From a virus (Duplodnaviria > Caudoviricetes), in the IMG/VR virus record IMGVR_UViG_3300037756_000054, positions 1-60,897 of that record: a stretch of DNA of 60,897 nucleotides. One strand, written 5' to 3'. A program made the position numbers and the translations under genes. The notes under the pieces are model-generated. The model made no database searches, had not been told where the DNA came from, and worked only from the letters and a program-made list of their open reading frames with translations. Shown piece after piece: positions 35,275-44,604 of the stretch. Numbering within the stretch: position 1 is the stretch's first letter; each line of letters begins with the position of its first letter.

Positions 35275-35537
35275 CGCCCGGACAATGGCGTAAGTCCTCG
35301 CGCAGTGGCGGGAACAGCCCCAACTGTGTGGAGATCCGATACGCCGGGCCGGTGGAGGTCCGGGATAGCAAGGCCCCGTCCATAGGAAGCCTCGCTATTA
35401 CCCGAACCGAATTCGCCGCCCTGTTGGACAGCGTGAAGTTATCTAGACACAAATATAGCGGCCCGGACCGACGTGGTCCGGGCCGTTTGCTACGCCTGTC
35501 GGAAGCAGACACCACAAACCGCTCCTGCTGGCCGTAG
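35271..35537 (+). CDS. DUF397 protein (BldB/Scr2-like)
   Basis: WRKSSRSGG..NCVE...VRDSK. Confidence 0.9.
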   Translation: MTPGQWRKSSRSGGNSPNCVEIRYAGPVEVRDSKAPSIGSLAITRTEFAALLDSVKLSRHKYSGPDRRGPGRLLRLSEADTTNRSCWP

Positions 35538-35561
35538 CCAGACAGGGGCGGGAGTGTTTGT

Positions 35562-36434
35562 TTAGGCCGCTTCCACCTGGAACAAAGCTGGCTGCCCGGT
35601 TTCAGCAATGACAGCCTCGTGCAGCCGTTTCCTGAGATACCGCAATCCTTCGGCGGTAACTCGCACTTGATCGCTGGCGCGGTCAAACCCCAGATTCCGG
35701 TCAGTCCACTTGGTAGCCCGGAGACAAACATGGTGCGCGTGGCGCGCATATGGAACATTGCCAGCGTCCAACAGCCCCATGTCTCGCAGCAGCTTGAACA
35801 GCCGTTTCTGGCCAGTGGAAATATCAGGGTCGCGGTTGAGAATGTTCGCGGCTTCTCGCACCGAGTAGTCGCCCTTTGCTGAGGCCAGCACATCCCAGGC
35901 GTCGGCCTTGGGCTCAGCGGATGCCAGAGCGACCTTGACGGCCTCGCACTCTTCGACGGTCGCCGCCAGCTCCCGAAGCGCTTGAGCGTAGGAGGCAGGC
36001 AACTCGTGCTGTACCTGTGAAACCTCAGCCTCGCGGGCCTTGACGGCGAAGTAGATCCTGGCCTGCGCGACGGCTTCCTTGGTGTCGTCTCCGGCCATTG
36101 CCGTGAGGTAAGCACCGAATCGAGTCAACCGGTAATCGATGAGTTGCTGGTTTCCCCATCGACCGCCATCGGTGTGTTGGATGACAAAGTGATGCTGGGC
36201 CTGCTCGTTTCCCTCGACCAGCGCCAGCGAAGCCTTCGCCTTCTCGATGACTTCCGTGAACTCATGCCAGCGGCCGTACTGCATAAGTGGCATCAACATG
36301 CGGCCACTCCAGTACTCGCCCTGCGCGTCGACGCGCTTGATCGCATCGAACGGAGAGATGGAATCTTCGGCCATTCGGGGGATGGGGACAGGGAGTGAGC
36401 TGGTGTTACGGTTACGCGTTTCGTGCATTATCAT
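35562..36434 (-). CDS. phage antirepressor (DinD/Bro-like N-terminus plus KilAC-type C-terminus)
   Basis: SPFDAIK...EYWSGR; PASYAQALRELA...EPKADAWD; start may be 36374. Confidence 0.85.
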   Translation of the reverse strand: MIMHETRNRNTSSLPVPIPRMAEDSISPFDAIKRVDAQGEYWSGRMLMPLMQYGRWHEFTEVIEKAKASLALVEGNEQAQHHFVIQHTDGGRWGNQQLIDYRLTRFGAYLTAMAGDDTKEAVAQARIYFAVKAREAEVSQVQHELPASYAQALRELAATVEECEAVKVALASAEPKADAWDVLASAKGDYSVREAANILNRDPDISTGQKRLFKLLRDMGLLDAGNVPYARHAHHVCLRATKWTDRNLGFDRASDQVRVTAEGLRYLRKRLHEAVIAETGQPALFQVEAA

Positions 36435-36744
36435 TCCTTATACGAAGCATTCAGCCCGTTCCTGCGCCTAACAGGGGCGGGCATTTTCATGTCCGCGTAA
36501 CGGGAGTCGACCGGGGGGATCAACTGGGCGACACTTTACTCCTGGGGTGTGACAGGTGATGCAAGTGGCCGGTTGTGTCCTATAGTCAGGACAATTGCGT
36601 GCATGCAAGCGTGCCAGGCATTTCATACTCGGAAGATTCACGGTCATGTCACATAGGAGTGACATTTCAGCCTCCACCAAACGGCCAATATCCGATACGA
36701 ACCGAACGGATGAGACCAGACACGCCAGGGCACGCACAGACACG

Positions 36745-36771
36745 AAAAGACCCCCGGCCGAAGCCGGGGGT
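36745..36771 (-). terminator. intrinsic terminator of the Ro60 operon
   Basis: GACCCCCGGC-TTCG-GCCGGGGGTC-TTTT. Confidence 0.85.
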
Positions 36772-36780
36772 CGAGGATAG

Positions 36781-38355
36781 TTAGAACGGCCAGTCGCCCG
36801 ACCGGCCCGACTCCAGCAGCGGAATCATTTTGAAACCAGCGTCAGTCAGTCCACCGAACGTATGCCGCGTCCCAGTCCCAGACGGGGCATGCCCGTGCCG
36901 GTACCCGGCGAGGTTCCACGTAAACACCATGCGGTCCTTCGGGACCGACCCGGTGACATCGCCATAAACTGCCTGCTCATCAGTCAAAATCAGTACCCGG
37001 TCGTGGTTGGCGTAGTGCCGCTGGACAGCTCCAGCAGTGTCGGTGCCACCGCCGATGAAATACCCATCGTTCTTCCACCGGTCCAGGCCCTTAAGGACAG
37101 ACTCGCCCTTGATGCGCGGGAACACCTTCGACGCCTCGCCACCCCAATACCCATTGGAGAACGACACCACGTCAGCGTCCTCGCAGCGCGACGCCAGAGC
37201 GATCCCGAACAGCGCCGCAGCATCCCAACGCATCAAGGTCCCGTCCTTGGAGAACTCCGAGTTCATCGACCCGGACGTGTCCACCAGAACCAGAGTCCTA
37301 CCCGGAAGGGCTGGGACGTTGGCCAGCGACGCATTCAGTGCCTTGTCGAGGGCGTAACCCCACCGCAGTGACGGCGCCGCCTTGTACGCCGACAGGAACC
37401 GCATCGGTAGCTGCCGCGACTTCGCTACCTGCTCAGGGTCGGCGAGCTTGTTCGTGACGGTCTGGGCTACCTCGTCGGAGACCCCCGCCTGGTCGAAGTT
37501 GCGGAGGTTCCGCAGCAACGCTGCGTACCCCATCGAGGGGATCAACGCTTCCCACAGCTTCGCCTTGTCGAGCTTGTCCCCGGCAAGGGAAAGGGCGTCC
37601 TCCCACGTCATTCCGGCGTTGCGAAGCTTCTCAGCATCCAGCAGCACCTCAGGTTCACGCTCGGCGAACTGACGCAGCATCTTGTTGTTGAGCAGCATGT
37701 TCAACGACATGGGGACATCCTCATCGCGGTTGTGCCGCCGATCGAGGGCATGCGCAAACAGGATTCCCTGCCACTCGGCAGAAGGGGAAGCGTGCACCAG
37801 ATCCAGCACGTCACCGAACCGGAACCCCTTCGAGCTGGTGTCGTACTTGAGCAGGTTCCGCTCTGAATACAAGCGCGCGACAGCATCAGCCACACCGCGC
37901 TTGACCGGCTTCGGGATGGAACGTCCGTAGGTGCTGGTCCAGTATGCGAGAGCCTCGCCTGGCTCATCAGCACGCATCAGAACAGAATCGACGATCTGCC
38001 GGCCACCGGCAACACCGGCATCCTTCAGAGCTTTCGCGGCCTCCAGGGCACCCACCAGTGAAGCGGACCGCATGTTCGCGCCAGTCCGCAGCCAACCCAG
38101 GAACCGGGAAGTCCAATCGGTGTCTTCGACAGCGACCGTGTGAACCAGCTGCGCAAACCGGTTATCCCGATCCGTAGCGTTCTCGTAGAACGTCTGCTCG
38201 CCCACCATGTTCGATACCGCCAAAAGGAACAGTTCCGACTTGGCGTCACGGGCATAACCCGCCCCGCCCTCGAACGTCCGGCCAGACGGGGTCTTCTCGG
38301 TGACCACCGGGGAATTCACGGCGGGCCGAGTCGCGGTCTTGTTGAATTTGGTCAT
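36781..38355 (-). CDS. rsr: Ro60/TROVE domain RNA-binding protein
   Basis: TFEGGAGY, ELFLLAV, LLKYD, MTWE, ALLRNLRN, PMRFLSAY, vWA LVDTSGSM...GGGTD...LTDEQ; GGAGG SD. Confidence 0.95.
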   Translation of the reverse strand: MTKFNKTATRPAVNSPVVTEKTPSGRTFEGGAGYARDAKSELFLLAVSNMVGEQTFYENATDRDNRFAQLVHTVAVEDTDWTSRFLGWLRTGANMRSASLVGALEAAKALKDAGVAGGRQIVDSVLMRADEPGEALAYWTSTYGRSIPKPVKRGVADAVARLYSERNLLKYDTSSKGFRFGDVLDLVHASPSAEWQGILFAHALDRRHNRDEDVPMSLNMLLNNKMLRQFAEREPEVLLDAEKLRNAGMTWEDALSLAGDKLDKAKLWEALIPSMGYAALLRNLRNFDQAGVSDEVAQTVTNKLADPEQVAKSRQLPMRFLSAYKAAPSLRWGYALDKALNASLANVPALPGRTLVLVDTSGSMNSEFSKDGTLMRWDAAALFGIALASRCEDADVVSFSNGYWGGEASKVFPRIKGESVLKGLDRWKNDGYFIGGGTDTAGAVQRHYANHDRVLILTDEQAVYGDVTGSVPKDRMVFTWNLAGYRHGHAPSGTGTRHTFGGLTDAGFKMIPLLESGRSGDWPF

Positions 38356-38391
38356 GGAAAAACCTCCTCGCGTTGGGGAGGAGGTCAGAGG

Positions 38392-38534
38392 TGAGATGCC
38401 CGAGATCAAAAGCGACACCGGTGCTAATGCTGTTGCTCTGCCAATTGAGCTACATCCCCGAAAGGACGGCGGGACTCGAACCCGCAACCCACAGTTTGAA
38501 GGAAGTATCCGACGTCTTCGCACCGAGCATCTCA
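38392..38534 (-). ncRNA. yrlA: Y RNA, YrlA type with tRNA-like domain
   Basis: Terminal stem GGTGCGA.../...TTGATCTC; T-arm GCGGGTTCGAGTCCCGC followed by D-arm TAGCTCAATTGGCAGAGC (permuted order); next to Ro60. Confidence 0.88.
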
Positions 38535-38537
38535 AGT

Positions 38538-38621
38538 CTGCAATCCTCCCGAGATCAAAAACGCCAGCGGATGGGATTCTTTGAAAGAGAAGGAACCGCC
38601 AGCTTCGCACCGGGAGTGCAG
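38538..38621 (-). ncRNA. Y RNA 2 (no tRNA-like domain)
   Basis: Same CGGTGCGA/TTTTGATCTCGGG stem and GGTTCCTTC motif. Confidence 0.8.
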
Positions 38622-38640
38622 TAAGTCTGTTTAAGTTGTA

Positions 38641-38717
38641 GCGCCCCGAGATCAAAAGTTCAACGGTGTAGAAATCAATGCCTTTGAAGTAACCATCGAC
38701 GCGTCGCACCGGGGTGC
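38641..38717 (-). ncRNA. Y RNA 3 (no tRNA-like domain)
   Basis: Same terminal stem and GGTTACTTCAAA motif. Confidence 0.8.
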
Positions 38718-38792
38718 ACGCCGAGCGTATACCCCATCCCCGACATCCGCCACAACATATCGACACGTCTAATAAGGAACCTTTGGCGCACG

Positions 38793-38822
38793 AAACAACC
38801 CCGCCCTCCGAAGAGAGCGGGG
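38793..38822 (-). terminator. terminator of the lysis operon
   Basis: CCCCGC..TTCG..GCGGGG-TTGTTT. Confidence 0.7.
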
Positions 38823-38867
38823 CGGCGACCCTACCGGGTCACTTCTACTGGCACGTAGGCATAGAGC

Positions 38868-39083
38868 CTACTCGGTGCGGTTGTCCTGGATATACACCGG
38901 AGGGTCAGCGCGCTTCCGCCAGGTCTTGACCGCAGCCATCAGCATGACTACCGTCGCCAGGATCTGCGCGCCAGTCTCGGTATACGCGGCCTGCTCGTCG
39001 GCGTTCACCAAGCCCAGGACAGCCAGCAGCCCCAGCACGGCAGTGAAAACACTGTAAATCGCAGCTCGCACATTGTCAGACAC
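38868..39083 (-). CDS. holin
   Basis: RAAIY plus two TM helices; in the lysis cassette. Confidence 0.75.
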   Translation of the reverse strand: MSDNVRAAIYSVFTAVLGLLAVLGLVNADEQAAYTETGAQILATVVMLMAAVKTWRKRADPPVYIQDNRTE

Positions 39084-39085
39084 TT

Positions 39086-39748
39086 CTAATCTCCTTCAGG
39101 TTCTTCGGATTCGGTAACAGTGCAGATCACGGCCTGGATTGGCCCGTCAGTCGTCAACACGGTTTCCGCGGACGCCTCGTACCCCTCCGGGCACATCGGC
39201 AGCGGATGGTCAGTCAGGTAGTCCTCGACAGCTGCGGCGACATCCTCAGGCGACGGGGGTGGACCCCGCTCACCCTGCGGCCCGGGCGGACCCGAGGCGG
39301 GAGGATTCTCGGTCAGATAATCGGCGACAGCCGTGGAAATCTGCTCGGCAGTTGGGGGTGGCCCGGGTTCGCCCGGCGCCGGCGGGTGCTCCGTCAGATA
39401 GTTGGAGACGGCCGCGGCGATCGCGGTAGGCGTAGGTTCCACAGATTCGACCGGGTTGGCCCGGAAATACGACTCCACCGCCGCGAACACCTGGGCGTCA
39501 GTCGGCGGCGGGCCGGGTTCTCCTTGCGGGCCACGGTAATCCGGGTCCTCCAGTAGATCCTTCGGGTCCGGGGCTACAGGTGTTTCCCCGCGGCCCTCAG
39601 CGGCCGACTGTTCATCACCCAGCGCCTCCGCGAGCGCGTCCACACGATTGGCTTGGATATTGACCTTGTACAGGATCAATCCGATCAACACCAGCGCGAC
39701 AACAATGACGGCCCACTGGATTATGCCTCGCCTGCTAGGCATTTTCAT
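39086..39748 (-). CDS. membrane-anchored collagen-like repeat protein (lysis cassette)
   Basis: N-terminal TM; G-x-P repeats alternating with AVxxYLxxxP repeats. Confidence 0.75.
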   Translation of the reverse strand: MKMPSRRGIIQWAVIVVALVLIGLILYKVNIQANRVDALAEALGDEQSAAEGRGETPVAPDPKDLLEDPDYRGPQGEPGPPPTDAQVFAAVESYFRANPVESVEPTPTAIAAAVSNYLTEHPPAPGEPGPPPTAEQISTAVADYLTENPPASGPPGPQGERGPPPSPEDVAAAVEDYLTDHPLPMCPEGYEASAETVLTTDGPIQAVICTVTESEEPEGD

Positions 39749-40056
39749 CACATCGCGCCAGTGGAGAACAAGATCTGAACGATGATCCCCAACCCGGCGG
39801 CCAGCAGCGCGCCGATGACCATACGTCGATCCTGGCTGCGTCGCTCGGACGCCGACTTGCGATCCGACTCGATCGCATTAACCAGCCGTTCCAAGTCTTT
39901 CTCCACGTTGGATACTCGGTCAATGACGCGACCCAGGTGGGCATCGTGAACATCCTTAGACACCAGGGCACCCAAACCGGCGCGGATTTCAGCAAAGTCC
40001 TCTTTGAAGTCTTGCCGCAGCTGCTTGAGCTCGCGAGCAATCGCTTCATCGGACAC
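39748..40056 (-). CDS. coiled-coil protein with C-terminal TM (lysis cassette)
   Basis: C-terminal hydrophobic helix. Confidence 0.7.
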   Translation of the reverse strand: MSDEAIARELKQLRQDFKEDFAEIRAGLGALVSKDVHDAHLGRVIDRVSNVEKDLERLVNAIESDRKSASERRSQDRRMVIGALLAAGLGIIVQILFSTGAM

Positions 40057-40061
40057 GTCGC

Positions 40062-40940
40062 CTACTGCCCGTCTAGGGCGTCGCCGGCAGCAGCCATGCG
40101 CGCCAAAAGTTCGTTACCGGGGACTGCGGCGGCTGTCGATACCGCGTCCAGCAGCTCCTGGAACTGCTCAGGGGTTAGATCTGCCGGGGGCGCGCTGGCC
40201 AGCTGGCGCACCATCTCGGTCAAACCGGCGATCTCGCCGCGCATGGTCGCCTGACCCGCCAGCGCCTCAGCGGTGTCCTCCATGGCCGCGCGGCCGGTCG
40301 TGTATCCACCCAGCAGGTAGGACGCGACCGTGTACCCGTCCTCGCGCATGTTCCACCGGTCGATGGGCCACTGATTGGGTGCGATCCGCCGTTTCAGCAG
40401 CTCGTCGACAACTTCTTTAGCGGTCGGCATGTCGTCTTCTCCTGTAAGGATTGATACTATTCCGGCTAGTGCGGTCCATGAGGCAGCAAACTGCCTGGTC
40501 AGGGATTTATGGATGTGCCACAAGTGACTGTTATCTCGTGCGGTTTCCACGAACGTGTAGCAGTCCAGGCCCCGCGCGCGACCATCGATATTCCCGATCA
40601 CCTCACGCAACACCGGGACACCGTTTATCCACAGGCGAGAATCTCGGGCACGTATCGCCTCGAATAGACGTTTCGTGTAGAGGTTGATCCGGCTGTAGTT
40701 CCCTTGATGCGCCTCAGGGAACGTGATGTCCAAAGCACTTGCTTTGTCGCCGGGGCCTTTCTTGTCGGCCGTTTTGGTGACGGAGTAGTCGCCGGACCAG
40801 TTCGCCCAGCGGGTGTTGTGGTAGCCGCTCTTGTTGGCGTAAATCCCGCTCAACTGGACGTTGCCGATCGCTCGGGATACTTCCTCCCACAACCGCCAGT
40901 TCGCGTCAGTTATCAAAGCTGGACTCGGATTAGATGCCAT
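40062..40940 (-). CDS. endolysin (Zn-peptidase-like)
   Basis: GIYANKSGYHN...ALD...SHLWHIH; position before the holin-like genes. Confidence 0.7.
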   Translation of the reverse strand: MASNPSPALITDANWRLWEEVSRAIGNVQLSGIYANKSGYHNTRWANWSGDYSVTKTADKKGPGDKASALDITFPEAHQGNYSRINLYTKRLFEAIRARDSRLWINGVPVLREVIGNIDGRARGLDCYTFVETARDNSHLWHIHKSLTRQFAASWTALAGIVSILTGEDDMPTAKEVVDELLKRRIAPNQWPIDRWNMREDGYTVASYLLGGYTTGRAAMEDTAEALAGQATMRGEIAGLTEMVRQLASAPPADLTPEQFQELLDAVSTAAAVPGNELLARMAAAGDALDGQ

Positions 40941-41279
40941 TTATGCCTCCAGCGCGGCTACTCGTGCTTCGAGCGCGTCAAACTCTGCCTGTGTCGGCAC
41001 TGGTTCAGGCCCAACTGCTAGTTGAGCAGCAGGCCATACCCCGTTGAGGAACCAAGCCTCTGCGACAGTCCATTTCGTCATTCCGTCCCCTACAGACATC
41101 GCCAACTGATAAGACGGAGAACTGGATGAGAACGCCTGGATGGTCAGGACCCCGTCTTCCTCGGAGGCGATCTGGTAGGTCATTTCGGGTGCCCCGCAGG
41201 GTTCCAGGAATTCCACGATGTCATTGCTGTTGTTACCGTCGTAAGCGATCACGTGGATCGGGGTGACGTTAACTGGCAT
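40941..41279 (-). CDS. hypothetical tail-associated protein
   Basis: GGAGG SD; LEARVAALE coil. Confidence 0.6.
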   Translation of the reverse strand: MPVNVTPIHVIAYDGNNSNDIVEFLEPCGAPEMTYQIASEEDGVLTIQAFSSSSPSYQLAMSVGDGMTKWTVAEAWFLNGVWPAAQLAVGPEPVPTQAEFDALEARVAALEA

Positions 41280-42204
41280 TGGTGGCCTCCAAGGCGTCAA
41301 GTCGAGCAGACAGGGTTTCGAGTTGCAGTTGCTGCTGTTTTAGGACAGGGATTACTGCTGCGGTCAGCCGGTCATAGTGGATCGAATCCGGGCGGCCTTG
41401 ATCGTCATAGCCGAGGAACTCACCCAACCCGAGCTCATGCAGTTCCTCGGCGATGAACCCGATGTACCTTGATTGGGTATTCGGTTCCTTCTCGGCTTCG
41501 CCGCGGTCTCGCCATGTTCGGGGCCGCATCTGAAGCACCGCGCCAGGATCGAGCTCGGCGTCTTGAATTTCTTGTTTGTAGCGTCGGCTGGAGACGTTGC
41601 TGCGCTGGATCAGCCCATCGGTGCCGATAACACAGTTGGCGCTGGACCCGGTCGTGGTGTGGGAGATGAACGTTCCGCCGGTCGATGTTAGATTGATCGG
41701 CCCGTCCCTAGCCTCCACCAGGACACCGAACGTGCCCTCACTGATCAGTGAGACACTGAAATCCCCGAACATTCCCGCGTGCAGCGAATACACGGTGAAT
41801 TGCGTCACAGGGGTGGGTAGATTCCCGAAACGCACTCGCGTGCCGGATGCCCGTTCGGTGGCCGCGAAAACATCCGTGGCGTCTTCTCGCTGTACCAGGA
41901 ACCCATAGCCCGGTTCCCCATCATCGACAAACGATCCAGCCCACGTGGAGGCGATCCCGTTGGGGTGCCGGGTAATAACCTGCCCGCCGTCGCGAACATT
42001 GACCTGCCCGCCGTCGTTGACGTGAATGTTCCCGCCATCATCAACGGTCAAATTGCCTTTATCGAATATCCGAAGGCCGTCTTTACCGATCGACGTGTGT
42101 TCGGCGGTGCGGGCGGTCTGCTGCGACTGAATCGCGGTCTCCAGCTCCCGCTGGCGCCGCATCGTGTCGCCTTTGGAGAACGCGATGTGCGCGTATTTGC
42201 CCAT
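41269..42204 (-). CDS. tail fibre/spike with S74 intramolecular chaperone
   Basis: SSRRYKQEI...GFIAEE...YDRL...coiled coil. Confidence 0.85.
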   Translation of the reverse strand: MGKYAHIAFSKGDTMRRQRELETAIQSQQTARTAEHTSIGKDGLRIFDKGNLTVDDGGNIHVNDGGQVNVRDGGQVITRHPNGIASTWAGSFVDDGEPGYGFLVQREDATDVFAATERASGTRVRFGNLPTPVTQFTVYSLHAGMFGDFSVSLISEGTFGVLVEARDGPINLTSTGGTFISHTTTGSSANCVIGTDGLIQRSNVSSRRYKQEIQDAELDPGAVLQMRPRTWRDRGEAEKEPNTQSRYIGFIAEELHELGLGEFLGYDDQGRPDSIHYDRLTAAVIPVLKQQQLQLETLSARLDALEATNAS

Positions 42205-44604
42205 TTATTCCTCCGCGAGAATCAAGTCGACAGTCCCGGCCTGAAGATCCAGCTGGTAGCCGACGACCCGGCCTTGACCCGTAACCCCAAGGGGGTGGCC
42301 GTGGCCGATCAACTCCCACGCCACGTCGTCACCGATGTTCCAATCCACGCCCAACATGGGGTAGACGTCCCACCTGGCGGTGATCTTCCACGTCCTGGTC
42401 CCCAACCTCAAACGCGCGAGTTCAGCGGCAGCATGGTCGTTCAGGACCTCGGGGTCAACGATTGAGGAGGACGGCTGGAAATGCCGTTCCCAGATCATCC
42501 AACCCGCATCGAACAGACCTTGGTCGAAAGCAGGATCAGATTCGGGCTGGTCGACGCCCTGCCCGGAACCATAAGCTTGGATCCAGTTAGCACCTTTACC
42601 GTCCGAATAGTCTGTTAGGTATTTGTAGGTGGCGTCCGATCCGCCCTGCGAAGCGAATATCGAGTTCGCGGTCACCTCAAACACCACCGGGGTGGACGCG
42701 GCGACCCCGATACGTTTCCGGACCCGCGCGATTTTCGCGACCGTCGTTTGTGAGGCGTCCGCCCACTCCAGATCGATCGTCCACTCCGGGCCATCCAGGA
42801 TCGCCATGAGCTCTTCCAACTGCGAGAACACGCTTTTGCGGTCCTTGCGGACATAGGAGCGGTCCCGTGGTGTCCCGGTAGGAGGGGCGTCAATGAGTAG
42901 TCCAAGGCCGCGGCCTACCCCGTCGATAGCCTCAGCGTCAGCAAACAACGCCGACGCGATAACGGAGGCTTCGTCTTGCTGGACGAATTCGTGATCCCCG
43001 GCGACCCGCCGACCTAGATACCCCTCCAGGGACGAACACCCCAGAGTGTTGTCGGTGTCGGTCCCGACCTGTGTCGGCAGGACCAGGCCACCCCACGGGA
43101 GGATGTCGTTAACCACTGGGACGATCATGACCCGCCCGCCCTCAGTGGCCGCATCCAAACCCTGACGGGCTGCCGGACCTGACAGGACCCTGGGTAGGGA
43201 CAGAGACGCTGACGTGATCTCACCCAACACGCGGGACGGGACGCCCCGTAGATCAGGGAGCTCGTCAATGATTTTCCCCGAAGCGGCGTCACACGACAGC
43301 CACGTCACCGACGTCCTGTGAACGGCCTCAGTGGGTGGAGGCAGGACCGGCCCGGGTTCGGGTGGCTCGTCTTGGACCTCAATGGTGTACGTGTAGGTCT
43401 GGAAAACGGTGGTCATGATCCAGCCAGTCATCGTGACCTGAATCTGTGATCCACTGTCTACAAAATCGAGGGTCCCGTATTGGCCGCGTTGATCACTCTC
43501 AGGTCCCAGATCGTACCGGTCCAACACTGCCGTGGAAGGAGTCGAATCCAAGGCCGCGAACTGTCCGATAGGGAATCCGCCGGGAATGGTGGTACCAGTG
43601 TCCATGCCTAGGGCGTGCCGGTCACCCCACACCATGACCATCCGGTCAATCCACCCAGTATCACTGAATAGCTGAATCAACTCCTCGCGCTCGTTCTGGA
43701 ATGAGAACCAAGTGTCGGCTCCATCCGGGTGGGACCATACGGACGGGTTGAACACCACCAGGAACTTCGCGGTCGATGTCGCCAGCAGGCTGCCCAGCCA
43801 GGCTTTCTGGTCTGTGCCGAGCATCGTTTTCGACGGGGTATCAGGATCAGAGTTGGGGTCCCTGAATGTTCGCGAATCCAGGGTGACAAACAGGACGCGT
43901 CCTATTTGGTAGGAATGGTAGATTCCCGACTCACCCAACGGGTAGTGAGGGATCCTCTCCCGGTACACCTGGTTGGCGTTGCCGTTGCCCACGTGGGTGC
44001 GGTCGGAGTTGTTCGGGCCGAAATCGTGGTCATCCCACACATAGTCAAGCGGGACCTGCCGGTACAGGGCGTGCTGCTCGGACTGGGCAAACACATCATC
44101 GTAGGCGGTCCGGTACGTCGCCACCGAACTGTCCGGCGTGTAGGTTCCACTGCCTATGTCCAGGTAGTGGACATCACCCATGTGCTGGAACAGCAGCGGC
44201 TTTTTCTCGCGGATCACCCCGAAGACCGGCGAATTCGAGTACCTATTGGAATCGAAGGTAGTGCCCGACCCCGGGTAGACCGGAGCCAATCCCGCACACG
44301 AGGCAGCAGCGACCGTGAAGTTGGCCGGCACCCCCACAGGCGGGTAAGTCACAAATTCTCCGGGAAATGCCACGTCGACAACGGAGTCGTCCTCGACAGC
44401 CCAGAAATACCTGGTATCCGCCTCAAGGCCCGACAGGTCGAACCGCGCCACACCGCCTGCCGGGGTCACTGGTCCCTCATAGGACGGCGACGACAGGTCC
44501 TGACTGGTGGAGTACACCAACCTCGTGGACGACCCGGTGACACGGGCGATCACCCTCGCCGACGCGGGCGTGACCGCCCCCTGGATCGCCGAAACGACCG
44601 TCAC
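42205..44604 (-). CDS. PhoD-like metallophosphoesterase fused to baseplate hub-like minor tail protein
   Basis: ASC, GDVHY, WDDHD, LDSR, LGxxQxxWL, GDRH in the N-terminal half; tail-type C-terminal half. Confidence 0.85.
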   Translation of the reverse strand: MTVVSAIQGAVTPASARVIARVTGSSTRLVYSTSQDLSSPSYEGPVTPAGGVARFDLSGLEADTRYFWAVEDDSVVDVAFPGEFVTYPPVGVPANFTVAAASCAGLAPVYPGSGTTFDSNRYSNSPVFGVIREKKPLLFQHMGDVHYLDIGSGTYTPDSSVATYRTAYDDVFAQSEQHALYRQVPLDYVWDDHDFGPNNSDRTHVGNGNANQVYRERIPHYPLGESGIYHSYQIGRVLFVTLDSRTFRDPNSDPDTPSKTMLGTDQKAWLGSLLATSTAKFLVVFNPSVWSHPDGADTWFSFQNEREELIQLFSDTGWIDRMVMVWGDRHALGMDTGTTIPGGFPIGQFAALDSTPSTAVLDRYDLGPESDQRGQYGTLDFVDSGSQIQVTMTGWIMTTVFQTYTYTIEVQDEPPEPGPVLPPPTEAVHRTSVTWLSCDAASGKIIDELPDLRGVPSRVLGEITSASLSLPRVLSGPAARQGLDAATEGGRVMIVPVVNDILPWGGLVLPTQVGTDTDNTLGCSSLEGYLGRRVAGDHEFVQQDEASVIASALFADAEAIDGVGRGLGLLIDAPPTGTPRDRSYVRKDRKSVFSQLEELMAILDGPEWTIDLEWADASQTTVAKIARVRKRIGVAASTPVVFEVTANSIFASQGGSDATYKYLTDYSDGKGANWIQAYGSGQGVDQPESDPAFDQGLFDAGWMIWERHFQPSSSIVDPEVLNDHAAAELARLRLGTRTWKITARWDVYPMLGVDWNIGDDVAWELIGHGHPLGVTGQGRVVGYQLDLQAGTVDLILAEE

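Noticed and set aside
36435-36745. LexA box or coding ORF upstream of the antirepressor
   Set aside because: No CGAAC-N4-GTTCG match found; the ORF lacks an SD and overlaps operator-like palindromes.
38440-38490. Conventional tRNA gene
   Set aside because: The T-arm precedes the D-arm and is enclosed by the Ro-binding stem, so it is the YrlA mimic domain.
38392-38717. CRISPR-like mini-array
   Set aside because: The repeats are paired ends of structured RNAs with irregular spacing, and there is no cas operon.
38356-38766. 137-aa N-terminal extension of the TROVE ORF in the ORF track
   Set aside because: It overlaps the three Y RNAs; the SD-supported start is 38355.
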